Shown here in pieces: positions 1-12,835 of a stretch of 64,000 nt of DNA. The position numbers were made by a program, and so were the translations under genes. The stretch's first letter is position 1. Each line of letters starts with the position of its first letter. Source of the stretch: Batkoa obscura (lineage: Eukaryota); the NCBI GenBank assembly GCA_030770535.1, contig JASVEC010000002.1:1550001-1614000 (forward strand), given 5' to 3'. The notes under the pieces were generated by a model, which made no database searches, was not told the origin of the DNA, and was given only the letters and a program-made list of their open reading frames with translations.

Positions 1-41
1 GTTTATTTAATGATATATAAATAGATTAAATTGATATTTAC

Positions 42-1008
42 TATAGTATTATTGGTCTCAGTAGATACATTATTTGTATTTTGAACTTGAAACTCTTCTT
101 TTGTAGGAGTTTGAAGATTTAGTGGTCGAATATTTCCAAAATTCATCACCTTTTTCCCTTCTATTAATAATGAGTTAACATATTGTTGATGTCTTATAAA
201 ATCAAATATTACCATTTTTGGCCCTTTGGTTGTAAAGTTTAGCTTGATTTTGCATATCTCTTACTGCAAGCTGAGATTTAATAGCCTTAAAATATAAGCT
301 TAATGTTTTATAATAGTGGTTGAATTACCTGATTTATTAAATTGGAGTCTTTATTTTGATTTTGAGGGAGATTGTTTGGTATGTTAGGATTGATAGCATA
401 ATTCATATAATTGATAGGCTGTTGATACATATAATTGTTTGCTTGTGAGATATTAAAACTGGGAGGAAAGTTTTGGGTTTGGGGGTTCATATTGATTGGG
501 ATTTGATTTAAAACCGGTTTATCATTATTCATAGAAATATTATTATTTCCCATATTACTAACATTTGGATCAGCTGGATTCCAGTTTTTAATGGCATTGT
601 TTTGTGTTATGTTGCCACCGTTAACGTTCATAGTACTCCCTCCCATATTATTCATCATATTCATCGCATTCATTTGATTATACACTCCCATTCCCATTGC
701 ATTTAAGTTATTTGGGTTCATTCCACCCATATTTTGAAGTCGGTTTCTCAATGCTAACTGATTCAAGCTAATTTTGTTATTATTTAATAATTTATCATTT
801 AAAATATTATAATAGTGGCTACTTACTTAAAGTTATTCATTTGAGCTTGATTCATATTCTGAAAATTAATATTTGGTATATTATTAAATGGACTCATATT
901 CGGTTGCCCTTGCATCAAGTTATTTTGGAAACCTTGGTTACCTTGATTCATGGGACTAAACTGTACATTTTGTTCATTTCCAATAGGTAGATTATTGTTC
1001 TGTTGCAT
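42..1008 (-). CDS. 5' part of a multi-exon gene encoding a Q/N/M-rich low-complexity (prion-like) protein; continues off the left edge
   Basis: ATG at 1008 (MQQNNNLPIG...). ORF pieces 823-1017, 308-766 and 3-215 are joined by short GT..AG introns (donor gtaagt at ~826, acceptor at ~769; donor gtaatt at ~328). Composition is extremely N/Q/M-rich. Exon boundaries are approximate. Confidence 0.65.
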
Positions 1009-1769
1009 TTTAAGCACTATTTTAACTTAACCTGATACTAGAGTCAAACTTTTTTTTGAAGGTTCAATATTTGAATTTTGTGTTTTTAAAGTGAACCTAA
1101 ATTGAGAGAGGAAGATTTAGTCAAAGGAATTAAATATTAGGACATGATCAAATATGGTCAAAGAAATTAAAAAGGGATGGTTTTAATTTAATTTCAATTT
1201 TGATTAAATTATTTAATAATTTAATAATTTAAATAAGTCATTTTTCATGATAACTTAAATTTTACCTTGATTTCAATTGTTTGAATTGAACTATAAGCAC
1301 AAAGTAATCTTTAGTTGTTATTCATTTTATTTTTGGTGGAGTAAAATGGACTCATTTGATTGGTTGAAATGGAATTTTAATAAGGAAATTAAATGCAAAG
1401 TGAGGTGGAGTCTAAAACATTGGTATTTGAGTATACAACGTTAGCCTACATCTTTAATTATTATCAATATTGTGTTAAAATGAAATAAAGTTTAGTTATT
1501 ATCTGTTACTATTCTTTAGTTTTTTTGTTTTATAGTTTATTGTTTGTATAATAGCAGTTTTAGACAAGTCAGATATAACAATTTGATTAAATTTAAAGGG
1601 GATAGTCAATATCAACAATGTATAATCATGAGTTTATTATATAAATTAAAAATCGATTAAAAAAGGCTACAAATAAATTTAAAAATACAAATTTGAACAT
1701 AATAAAATAGAAATACCAAACTTATTCTAAAAAAATAAACGTCTACTTTTAATTTTGAAAAAAATCCCT

Positions 1770-2630
1770 TTAATGACGCGATGGCCTTGGTTTGTTGGCC
1801 TTGATAAAACTGAAATACTTTTTATTAAGTGTTTTACCTTTCTTATTAAAGTCACTATCTGATTTATTCATTTCTCCATCAAACTCTTCGAACGCTAAGT
1901 TAGGTGGTAGTGAGTTTGTTGCTTCTATTTCTCTAATAAATTTCTCTATTCCATGGCCTTGCATAACGTCAAATTGATCCTTTTCATTAACATAAAATTC
2001 AAGAATATCTTCAACTGTCTCTATATTATTTAAGTTTCTATTTGGTAAATCATAGTTTCCTCCTTCACTTTTTGCTACTAAATCTTGGATGATATTTGTA
2101 AGAAGCTAATTATTAATATCAATATTAATAAATTTTTAATAAATTTTAATAACTAACTTACCTCAAACTTAACTTTACCGTCTTCAAGACTAAGCTTATT
2201 GATTTCTTGATCACTTTTTCCAATAGCTTCTGGGTGTACTTTTTTAACCCATGTTGATATAACTTCCTTTTTTTGTTCTGATGTTAATTCAATTACTGTT
2301 TCTTGCCTTTACAAAAAAATATTAATAATTTTACTTTGAAAATCAAATACCAACAACATACTCAACTTCTTTAACTTCAGCCCAGCTAGCTTCTTGAACC
2401 ACAGTTTCTTCCTTGTCTGCTTTTAAAGCTTCTAATTTATCTTCGGACTTATCTTCTTCTTTCTTACCAAATAAATCCCATCCAAATAAAGAACCTTTAT
2501 TACGTGCGTTTAATAAACTGCCACTTTGAAATCCACGTACTATCTTTAATTCATTCAATTTACTTGGTTTATATTGTGCAATTAAAGTGCAGCGCTGTAC
2601 TAGCTTGCAAGTCCTTTTGATTCCGCTCAT
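1770..2630 (-). CDS. Mitochondrial large-subunit ribosomal protein mL50-like (3 exons)
   Basis: Basic N-terminal presequence (MSGIKRTCKLVQR...). Introns at ~2361-2308 and ~2161-2106. The spliced C-terminal part reads LPNRNLNNIETVEDILEFY...LPPNL, matching the Ribosomal_L50 motif pattern. Confidence 0.7.
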
Positions 2631-3135
2631 TTTTTATTTTGAAAAAATGGGGGATAAGTTAGAATTCAGATTTTTTTAGTACCAAAGGCTTGAATTATGG
2701 GAAATTTTAAAATAGAGTTTGTTGAATTTTTAATATTGATTGTTTTGAATTCAATAAAAAATCTTTTTTTTGGTGGAAGTCAAATTTTAATAAAATTATC
2801 TTTATTATAAAATCGTATAAATAAAAGAGTATCTGATACTAAAATGTAAATTCATTCATTTACATTAGAACTTAAATAATAAACTTCAAAAATTAACTTT
2901 TCATATCAAATTTATTAGAAAATCATATGAAAAACACCTTTCCACTTTAAGCAACTTTTTGAAAAATTTCGCTTGTTTCCAAAAAAGATAAACTCTCTCA
3001 AAGATCATCAAGCTTAAAAAAAAAGCAACTTTAAATTTTCGATAGCCACGTCCATCCCGCTTATAAAACCTTTAATTAAATATACTATTCATATAAAAAA
3101 CTTTATCCGCCTCCTCAACTTTGCAAAAAAAAAAA

Positions 3136-4068
3136 ATGCTAAATCCTAGTTTATTTTTAACCCTAATTACCGCTACCCTAGCCCTCCCCTTCTCTGCTGA
3201 AGACATGGACACAGCCCCATGTCCAAAAGGTACAGTAATGACAGGATATAAAGGCCCAGATGATGTTGTTTATTATGCTTGTACCGCTTTTGAAGATAAG
3301 GTCAATAATAAAACGATGGACGAGTGTCCAATTGGTACAGTTAGAACTGCCAAAGTAGAAAATAATGAAAAGGTGTTTGATTGTGTATCTTTAAATTCTA
3401 TAAAAGCTGAAAATGAATGTCCAAGAGGGACAGTATTAACAGCTACAACACTTAAAAACGGTGAAAAGGCGTATTTATGTCAGAAATTTGAAAGCGAAGA
3501 AGAGAAAGAAAACAAGGTTGAAGATAAAACCAAGAAATGTCCAGATGGATTGATGTTGAAAGAAAACAAAGATGAAGATGGAAAGATGAGTTTAAGTTGT
3601 GTTAGTAAACCAGCGAAAGAAAGTGAAGCAAATATTGATTTTTCTACTAATCCTTGCCCTAGGGGAGAGCGATTGTTTAGCAGTAAAAACAGCGAAGAAA
3701 AGGAAAGCCTTGCTTGTGTTTCAGAAGATATAGATTTAAAGTCGGAAGAAAGTAAAAAGCTTTGTGGTAAAGATGAAAAGTTGGTTAAAGATAAAGACAA
3801 TAAGGGTAGAGAGATGTTTACTTGTAAAACGCATTCTACTAGCCCCCAGCTTGATTTGAGTGGGAAATCACTAGAAGTTAAAAAAGAGAGTAATAATGTC
3901 CAAGCTAAAGCCGATGAAACTTCACAAGTCAAGGAGAAACCGATAGATTCAAATGACGCTCCAATAGTAGTACGAATTGTTAAGCCCCCTATCCAAGTAG
4001 TAAACCCCAAACTTAAAGAAGGGGAAGTGGTACGTAAAGTTGTAGTCACTAGAAAAGTGATTGATTAA
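3136..4068 (+). CDS. Secreted protein with six tandem Cys-pair repeats (C-P-x-G-x15-16-C)
   Basis: ATG at 3136 followed by a signal peptide (MLNPSLFLTLITATLA-LP). Repeats: CPKGT..AC, CPIGT..DC, CPRGT..LC, CPDGL..SC, CPRGE..AC, CGKDE..TC. Intronless, with higher GC than the flanks. Confidence 0.85.
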   Translation: MLNPSLFLTLITATLALPFSAEDMDTAPCPKGTVMTGYKGPDDVVYYACTAFEDKVNNKTMDECPIGTVRTAKVENNEKVFDCVSLNSIKAENECPRGTVLTATTLKNGEKAYLCQKFESEEEKENKVEDKTKKCPDGLMLKENKDEDGKMSLSCVSKPAKESEANIDFSTNPCPRGERLFSSKNSEEKESLACVSEDIDLKSEESKKLCGKDEKLVKDKDNKGREMFTCKTHSTSPQLDLSGKSLEVKKESNNVQAKADETSQVKEKPIDSNDAPIVVRIVKPPIQVVNPKLKEGEVVRKVVVTRKVID

Positions 4069-4278
4069 ACTAATTAATAAATTTATATTTTTTATTTTGA
4101 CAATGTTTAATTTCAAATTTAATTTCTAAATTTAGTAAATTTAAACTTTTTGTTTCTATTTAATAGTAAGCGCCAATAAGCTGATATTAAAATAAGCTTA
4201 ACGGAAATGCAACTTATATTTAACTATCAAATTTGAATTACATAGTTTTAGTTATCTATTATTTATTTGTATGGCATT

Positions 4279-5120
4279 ATGACTAATATAAGGACAACCC
4301 AATTGACCATCAAGCATAACGAATTTAAAGTGGTATTATTTGGTTTAGGAGGTATGCTATAGTTCAACATAACCATACAAATACTTATTGTAAATTAGGT
4401 GTTGGAAAATCAGCGATAACGATTCAATTTATACGCAATCAGTTTGTAGAAGAATATGATCCAACAATAGAAGATAGCTATCGAAAGCAATTAAGCTTAC
4501 CTGATGGTGATGTAGAATTAGATATTTTAGATACTGCAGGTCAAGAAGAATACAGGTGAGCTCAATTCATAGACTGTACCATTAAATTAAATCCCTACTC
4601 TAGTGCTATGCGAGGCCAATATATATGTAGCGGGGATGGTTTTTTACTAGTTTATTCAATCGACAGCCATGATGCTTTTGAAGAAGTGAAAGCTATTTAT
4701 TCTCAGATTTTATTAGCAAAACAAGATCAGTCTATTATACCTGTGATCCTTATCGGAAATAAATGCGATTTAATCAATTCTAGAGCGGTACCTATCTATG
4801 GTAAATTAAGTTTCATACAAGCAACTCATTTTTCTAACATTTTATTAGAAGCCCAAGGTTTAGCACAAAGTTGGAAGATACCATTTATTGAGACATCAGC
4901 TAAATTAGATTTAAATATCAAAGAAAGCTTTGTACAGTTAGTATATATGATGAGAAAATATAGGAATTCTATTGGGATACTACCGCCACCTTCAGCGGCT
5001 AGGTCGAATTTTTCAAATCCAATGAGTGCAAAGTCATTTGATAAGACTAAGGATGTTTTACCAGGGCCAGTAATGGAAGAGGATGGTATACAGTTGACAA
5101 AATGTTGTATTTTGTTGTAG
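4279..5120 (+). CDS. ras: Ras-family small GTPase (4 exons)
   Basis: Spliced ORF contains [13 protein letters not shown] (G1), YDPTIEDSY (effector), DTAGQEEY (G3), NKCD (G4), ETSAK (G5) and a C-terminal CCILL CAAX box. Introns at 4352-4398, 4556-4603 and 4801-4848. Confidence 0.95.
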
Positions 5121-5881
5121 GTTGTGGATCGATATTAGTATAGGAATAGGTTTTATTAAGTTAATAAGAATGAGGATAGAAATAGGTTAGATAAACTAAA
5201 CCCATTCGGAAATTATAATATTAAATAAAGTATACCTCTAGTTCGTAGATTTTATCTATTTTAATCATATTCGTTTAACTGTATAATATATTTAGTATAT
5301 TATACTTCACATTTAAACCGAAGTGATTACCTTAGGTGTGTTGAGGTTCCAATTACATAAACTGAGATCTTTTCAAAATTAACCTGTTAATATCTTATTT
5401 TCTAAATCTTTTATTATGTTTGTCTCCATTTCTCGTAAATGTCAATTAAACCTTCTAGCTACTTTTAGCTTTATAAGAGCTCTTTAAAGGTCTAATGTTA
5501 TAAGTTAAGAATTTCCACTTTATCTTAATTCGATATAGAAAATAGCTTTAACCTATGACTCTTTAATACTGAATATTCAAAACATGATGATCTAAGTTTC
5601 ATACTTTAATATTATTAAAAGTTATTTTTAAAGCAAATGCTTAAAAGCGATTTTAGTATAGAAACTAGAAGTTACCAAGTTTCTAATTTAGAACTTTAGA
5701 ACTTATATCAATAAGTGGGATAGTATGAAATAATGGATACTAACCAAATAGACGATATCACAACCTAACAACTAATGATTTAATGTTCTATTTTTTGGAC
5801 TTTTATACATTGTTAATTCTTATGTTATAACTTTTTTGATAAAAAGATATTATGATACAAAAGTTCTTCTAGTCAAGACAT

Positions 5882-5978
5882 GGAGATGTGTTTTTTATTT
5901 AAGAATTTTACTAACAATTTTTCTACTTAAATAGCGCTTAAAAAATGGAAAAATAGTGAAATCAAAAAAAACAGCCCC
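5882..5978 (+). mobile_element. MITE family A copy
   Basis: Matches the ~99-bp consensus GGGGATGTATTTTTGTGTTTAAGAATTTTACTAAC...AAAAAAACACTCCC; flanks acat/atat. Confidence 0.85.
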
Positions 5979-6690
5979 ATATATATAGTCTTAAAATGCT
6001 TGCTTTTTCTGAATCTTGTGACAAAATGTCTAAGTACTATAAAAAATAGAGCGAAGTATAGTGAAATTCAAAATGTACTCACATTATTTCTTATTTTGAT
6101 AGTCACTGCTATATAACATTTATTTATATAATATTACACTACTGTTAATAAATTAGAAATATTCTTAAATTATTTGGTTACTGTATTTCATTAATAGCAA
6201 TAATTTTTAAAATTAAACAACTGGTTACTCTAAATATCATTTATTTGATGAAACTTTTTTGAGCCTGTAGAATTATAACTGAATAACGTTTAGAGTGTTA
6301 TCTAGGTGCATACGCCCTTCTTTGGATATAGTGTAGTAAAATATTTACTATAAGATATTTTAGAAATAAAATTAAAACTGAAGTATTAACTTTGTATTTT
6401 ATTTTTTGAATAAATTCTCCAAATATACTTGACTTTAATTTGTCGATGTCCTGAATCAACTTACAAACTAATAATTCACATTTATTGGCATCAAAATGAT
6501 ATCATAGATGATATTTAGTCCGTAAAAACTACTAGCAAACATTAATAAATTTACAAGTGAGCAAACCTCAGATTGATCAATTAGAAAAAGCGATAAAATA
6601 AAAAGTATCATTATTAAACATGACTAAAATTAATTAAACTTTTATTAGTAGTGAAATTATTGATATATTATTATATATATGTATAGAGAG

Positions 6691-7074
6691 TTAGAATAAA
6701 CAGGCCGATATTATTATAGTTAAGAATAATAAGATGGTGGAATAGGAAAGGTTTAAGATTAAGTTTGCTTGTAAGTGATCACTTCTAAAATTATTTAATG
6801 AAATCAGTTTGCTACTACCATATACAAAAAAGTTGTATTTGAAATTTATATCCATATACTTTAACATCATTAGTTCATCTCCTTTAAACAATTCTTGCTT
6901 TTGTTGAATACATTGCCCAAATAATGAGTCTCTATGACTACAATAAGTTGATCGGAGATTTTGATATGCTACGATTTCATTTGAGCTCCTTGAAAGATAA
7001 TGGCTGAGCTTGAAATCTAATTCCGAAGATATTAAGCAAATAAATACTAATAGTAGATAATACTGTGGCCTCAT
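6691..7074 (-). CDS. Small putative secreted/membrane-anchored protein
   Basis: ATG at 7074 (MRPQYYLLLVFICLISS, signal-peptide like) and a hydrophobic C-terminal tail (TILLFLTIIISACLF). TATA-like TATATAAAA on the minus strand at ~7197-7205. Confidence 0.55.
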   Translation of the reverse strand: MRPQYYLLLVFICLISSELDFKLSHYLSRSSNEIVAYQNLRSTYCSHRDSLFGQCIQQKQELFKGDELMMLKYMDINFKYNFFVYGSSKLISLNNFRSDHLQANLILNLSYSTILLFLTIIISACLF

Positions 7075-10000
7075 TGTATCTTTTAAAGAAAAAAGCAAGA
7101 AATTAGTTGAAAATTAGTTGAAAATGAAATTAAAAAAGATAATTATTCAAGTTCAGTTTTGACCGTTATTAACAGCCATAAAATTCATTTTTTATCTTTT
7201 ATATACTTTCCACTCAAAATGGGTTTCATCTTCGCTTAACCCAATCATAATCAATAATTTAGTATCTAAATCTTATCTTGTCTTAATTCAGTTAATTATG
7301 AATTCGTGAAACGAATAAATTTATAATTCCCAACTATTGATTGGCCAAGACCACGAAGCAACTTTACAATTGTTTATAGTTGTACTAACCTTGAGGTAAT
7401 TTTTGGTAAGAGTTTTTTATTATGACTATACAATACCCCAATCCGCCTCTCAACTCAAAGAATAGAAACTTTATAAACCTGATAAATTAAAAATCAAATA
7501 AAAGAAAAAGAAATATATAAACAAAATAGATAATAATATATTAATTTAGTAACGTATAATAACTGAAAACTTATAGTGTAAACTTCCTAAAATGCAAATG
7601 TTATTAAATGGAAAAATTATTATTTTTAATAGAAATCTAATAATAACGTAATGCCAAGAAACAGTAAGATATAACCAAATTACCCTATATACCCTTTTCA
7701 ATGCAAATGTAAACAAGTATTCATTCTGAAGCTTTTGGTTTCACCATAAAATATTTTATAACATTCTTTAATCTTTAATAAACCGTCATGGCAAGCTCTT
7801 TCTTAAGTCACGTTTTCTATATAATTTTTTATATCATTTTCAATATTCTCTATAGAAATACGAACATATAAATATAGAGAATAGAAATGAAATATTAATT
7901 TGTCCTGCTCATCTATATACAAAAATACTATTCCTTTTTATCTTAATGTTTCTACTATCCCTTATTTTTATTAGCATTTTATTGAGCAATTATTTCTATA
8001 ATGATTTGATCATGTATTAATTTTATAATGTTGCTTTTTGGTTGATGACTTATAAATTTTCTATAATCTGTAGTTTTATAGATATTACTATATATGTTAA
8101 ATTTATGAATTTATGCTTGCAGTTCATTATTTACACCGAAATTCTTGGTCTTTTGCTATTTAAATATTTAGGCTATATGAGTTATAGATCTATAAAAGCG
8201 ATAGAGTGAAAAATCATATCGCCCTATATAAAGTATATCATTCATACTTTTTATCACAATATATATAAGTTGAGATATTAGAAAAGTTCCCCAAGGTATA
8301 ATCATATATGCGCCAATTTTTCTAAAGTTACCTGATTTATTTTATTCGCATAAAAGATGATCATAAACAATAATTAGTGCTATCTTAAATTTTTATTTGG
8401 ATATAGGAATTGAATAAAAAGCATGGGATGTTGCCAAGACCATTTATCTTGCCGAAATAGTTTAAATAAAGTATATCTACATGTTTAATTTTAAAATATA
8501 AAGGCTAGCCTTTCCTGGGCAAGCTAACTAAATACGAAGTAAACATGAACCAGTAGTATCATTGCGCCAATGCGTCCTAGGCTATAAGACACAGTCAAGG
8601 ACATTTCTGCTGTCAAATTATTTAATATATACTAAGCTTCATTTATAGCTTTAAAACAGAAGGCAATGTTTTTTATTTGTAAACTAGTTAATTCAATATA
8701 TTTAATGATTATTATATATGTTGAAATCTTATTTGATTATACAAATTTAGTAAAAACCATATGGACATCAGTAAGGCTATTTACGTTATCAGGATCATCG
8801 AAGTATGTTATAATTGCATAGACAACTTTAATATTAAATGAAGTTTACTTTAAATTTATGCAAGTTACAAAATAAAAGGTAATTTTTAACTTTGTTTATT
8901 TAGAATTTCATTTAAATATTAACCTTTCATGAATATTATAGGTCTATTACCAAGCCCATTTGTCCCTTGGAACCTACTTAAATACATTTGAAGTTTACTT
9001 GTAGTTTTAAATTAAAACTGAAAACTAGGAATTAGTCTGGGCTTTTGTATTAGGATAAGAAAAGGGCTTTTGTAACTCTTGGTTCATCATAGTCTAGCAG
9101 CGCAACGAAGTGAAAGGAACGAGATAAATATGTATCAAAATATAGCTGATAGGAAAAAAAACCAAAACCCTAAATGAAGTAATAAACCCATAATATTTCA
9201 AAACAGCCAAATAAGGCAAATAAATACCACGATTATTTTTCATGATGTTATTATTTCCCTTCCTTCCATTTTAATACAATTTCCATCTCTTAAATTAGGA
9301 GATTTGATTTCAAGTGTAAACCTTAATTTTTCTGTGTAAAATAGTGTTTGGAAGTTTCCAAGCCAAATTGGGTTGGATCAATATGTTCTTAATTACATAG
9401 TTTTCTAAAGATTAATTATTACGATAGTTAAATAAGATACAAGTAGCATTGATAAAAATATGTTTATGTTTATTATCTGAATACGATAAATACTTTGTCT
9501 ATATTAAGCTAGTTATTTTAATAAAATAGCCTAATGTTTTATGATATGATTTTCACATTAGGATTCAGAGATGTTCAAGTTTAATTATAGGCCAAAACTA
9601 CCATAATGGAAATATTAATTTACGTAATATGACAGTATTTTTATTTAAAATATTCAATGAAATATTAACACCTATTTATGACATTATGTATTATAATAAT
9701 GTCATTTCCTGTCACCATCTTCATCAGTCTAATTAAGGCTATTTTAAGCTAATTTGATATATGACGATTATCGATATCCTAATACTCTAAATAAAGAATA
9801 AGAATTTATACAATATAGATAAATCTTTGTGAAAGTAAAACTACTTATACACTTCATTTTAAAGCTTTATTCTTTTATGAGATTTGTTATCTCTCATTTT
9901 TGAACTTTTTAATACAACATGCCTATAAATTATCCCAAAAATTAAAATTTTTAACATTCATTTCTCGATAATCAATAATTAAGAAGTATTTGTTTTTTTA

Positions 10001-10166
10001 TTATTACATTTAGTATTATTAATTTAAAATACTGCAACTAGTTTAACATAATACTTATAAAAATGGTATTTGACATACACATTAATATAATATCATTAAG
10101 TATGATCATAAAAAATAGATAATTTTTAATTACTAGTTTTTAATATAAATGCCCAAAGTTGCATAT

Positions 10167-10257
10167 GGGATTGTTTTTTAGTTTCATCATTTTTTCCATT
10201 TTTAAGCACTAATTGGGCGAAGATTATTAGTAAAATTCATAAAAAAAATACATTCTC
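10167..10257 (-). mobile_element. MITE family A copy
   Basis: Reverse complement of the consensus, diverged; a partial copy follows at ~10326-10365. Confidence 0.75.
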
Positions 10258-10503
10258 AATATTTAATTTTTTAAAGCACTTTTTTACTAGTATTATAATT
10301 AAATGATTTCAAATAAATTAAAATATGAGGGTGTTTTTTTTAGTTTCATTATTTTTCCATTTTTTATTTCTATTAGTAAGTTTATGTCAGTAATTAGAGT
10401 TGTTTTCATTTTTCTAATTAGGGAAAATTATTAATTTTAATTTTATTAATTTTTAATTAAAAAAAACTTATTAATTAAATTAATAGAAGTAAAATAAACA
10501 TAT

Positions 10504-10596
10504 AGGGGTATTTTTTTGATTTCACTTTTTTCATTTTTAAGCATTATTTGAGGGGAAAAATTATTAGTAAAACTCCTAAATACAGAAATACACCCT
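10504..10596 (-). mobile_element. MITE family A copy
   Basis: Reverse complement of the consensus; TSD ATAT. Confidence 0.8.
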
Positions 10597-10621
10597 ATAT
10601 AATATTTAAAAAGTACTATAC

Positions 10622-10719
10622 GGGGGTGTTTTTTCGGCTTCATTACTTTTTCCATCTTTCAAGTACTATTTGAGCGGAAAAATTGTTAGTAAAATTCTTA
10701 AATACAAAAATACATTCCC
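10622..10719 (-). mobile_element. MITE family A copy
   Basis: Reverse complement of the consensus; flanks atac/gtat. Confidence 0.85.
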
Positions 10720-10760
10720 GTATACTTTTCCTTTTTTTAAAGATCTAGTTTGCTTAAGGA

Positions 10761-11223
10761 TGTGAAATCTGGTACTCAATGATTGGAGTCAATGACAGCT
10801 ATTGCTGGGTTGACTACACTATAAGTCGAAAGGTTTCAGTTTATGTGACTAAGATAGACTTTAATTGTAAAGAATAGCACGTAATAGGTTACAAGCTATA
10901 TAAGACAGATAGAATAGACAATACTAATGTAAAATCTACGTAAAATACTATTAAGTAAACTTAGTAGCTTTATTAAATGTACGAGATATTAGGGAGTAAT
11001 CCATTTAAAAAACCTCTAGCTACTGTGTTCTAGAATCTCTTTTATATTCCGACAAGTATAGATATCAAAACGAGGGGATAATGTCTTTGAGACGAAGATA
11101 GAAATTTTCACAGCAAATCAAAATAAAAGCATGGACTTAATTGTCTCCGAACTCGAGAATATAACAGCTTAGGCAATTATTATGCTATAATTAACCATGG
11201 AGCTGACAAAGCGATATTTCACA
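10761..11223 (+). mobile_element. Solo-LTR-like element (family B), 463 bp, full length
   Basis: TGTGAAAT...ATTTCACA termini; exact 5-bp TSD AAGGA (10756-10760 and 11224-11228). Confidence 0.85.
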
Positions 11224-11234
11224 AAGGACTATAT

Positions 11235-11330
11235 GGGGATATTTTTTTTAGTTTTCTCACTCTTTCCATTTTTAAAGCACTATTTAAGTGGAAAAGTTAG
11301 TAAAATTCTTGAGCAAAAAAACAAATCTGC
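11235..11330 (-). mobile_element. MITE family A copy (first of an inverted pair)
   Basis: ATAT on both sides; abuts the next copy. Confidence 0.8.
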
Positions 11331-11334
11331 ATAT

Positions 11335-11432
11335 GGGGATATATTTTTATGTTTAAGAATTTTGCTACAATCTTTCCACTCAAATAGCGCTTGAAAAATG
11401 GAGAAAGTAATGAAACCAAAAAAAACAACCCC
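11335..11432 (+). mobile_element. MITE family A copy (second of an inverted pair)
   Basis: TSD ATAT, shared with the previous copy. Confidence 0.85.
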
Positions 11433-11574
11433 ATATTATAATTATATATATTTTTGTTTATAAAGATATAATTATTTTTATGACTAATTTTTCTGTTAAA
11501 AACTTTTAATAAGTTAAGTATTTTTTTACTAAAACTAATCTTTTTAAAATATTTTATTAATTTGTCATTATATA

Positions 11575-11670
11575 TTTATATATATTCGTTCAAGAGTTTT
11601 ATTAATAGTTTTTTATTTAGTAGTGTTTGAAAAATAGAAAAAGTGATAAAATCAAAAAAATCACATCTAC
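11575..11670 (+). mobile_element. MITE family A copy, degenerate
   Basis: caagagttttattaatagt...tagtgtttgaaaaatagaaaaagtgataaaatcaaaaaaa; boundaries approximate. Confidence 0.55.
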
Positions 11671-11893
11671 ATTCTCAAGTTATAAAATTGATTAAATGTT
11701 TATTAGGATGATGATTAGTAAATCTTTTTACAGCTTTTTTTTTATATTTGATCTAATATTGAAATATTGCTATTATTCTATTATCTGATAATTCTTTTAA
11801 AAAACTATAATCTTTATTACTGATTTTGGTGCTTTTTTTACCATCATAAAATTTATACTTATATTTACCTTTGTCTTTATAATATTTAATAAT

Positions 11894-12166
11894 TATGAAA
11901 TCTAGTACTCAGTGGTTGGAGTCAAAAGGTCTTAGTTTATGTAACTAAGGTAGACTTGAATTATAAACAATAGCATATAATATGCTACAGACTATGTAAG
12001 GGGAATATGGATGTCAAACGGGGAGATAATGTTCTTCGGAATCACATTGCAGAAATCCTCATAACAAATTAAAATAAAAAGCTTGGGATTGGTTGTGTCT
12101 GAACTTGAGAACACAACAACTTAAGTAGTTATGTCAACCACAGAGCTGACAAAGCAATATTTCACA
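11894..12166 (+). mobile_element. Family B solo-LTR-like copy, internally deleted (273 bp)
   Basis: TATGAAATCT...ATTTCACA; 5-bp TSD ATAAT on both sides; homologous to 10761-11223. Confidence 0.8.
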
Positions 12167-12835
12167 ATAATATTATATACGGTTTATATAAGAAGATCGT
12201 AATTTACTAATAAAATTTTAAAACTCTTAAAACCATGTAAATGACTCATAACTAAATTATAATATATTATGAAATCTATTTTATGCTAAAATCTTTTAAT
12301 AGCTTGAGGTTGATTTAATATTAACAAAATAAAAATGAAAAAAATGAAAAAAATGAAAACAAATAAAACTTACATTTTTACAAGTTTCAATATACTATTT
12401 TAACTTTTTAGTTTTAACTTTTAATTGTTTACTATTAAAAATATTTATAGGACTCTACTTTTCTATTTTATAATTTTCAAAAAAAGTATTAATGCTTAAG
12501 TTGTTCATAAAAGCTTTATAACAATTTAGCTCAACTTTATAGCTATTACATTAACTTATAAAATCATCTGGGAGCTTGAAGGCAAAATTGTATTCAAAAT
12601 TTCTCAACTCTTTGAAAATAAGTGATTACTAAACTTTGTTCCTTTATCAGATTAGTCTGTTAGTGACATAGTTCATTAAAATGACAGATTTTAGCACTTG
12701 TTCTTTTATTATAGTGAACAATGTATTTAGAGCTTATATTTTTAAGAGTAAAATAAAATAAAATAAAATAAAAGTATTTAATATCTAAATTTGATTAAAT
12801 TTTTATGACATTTTTGTTAGTAAGAGGAAATAACC

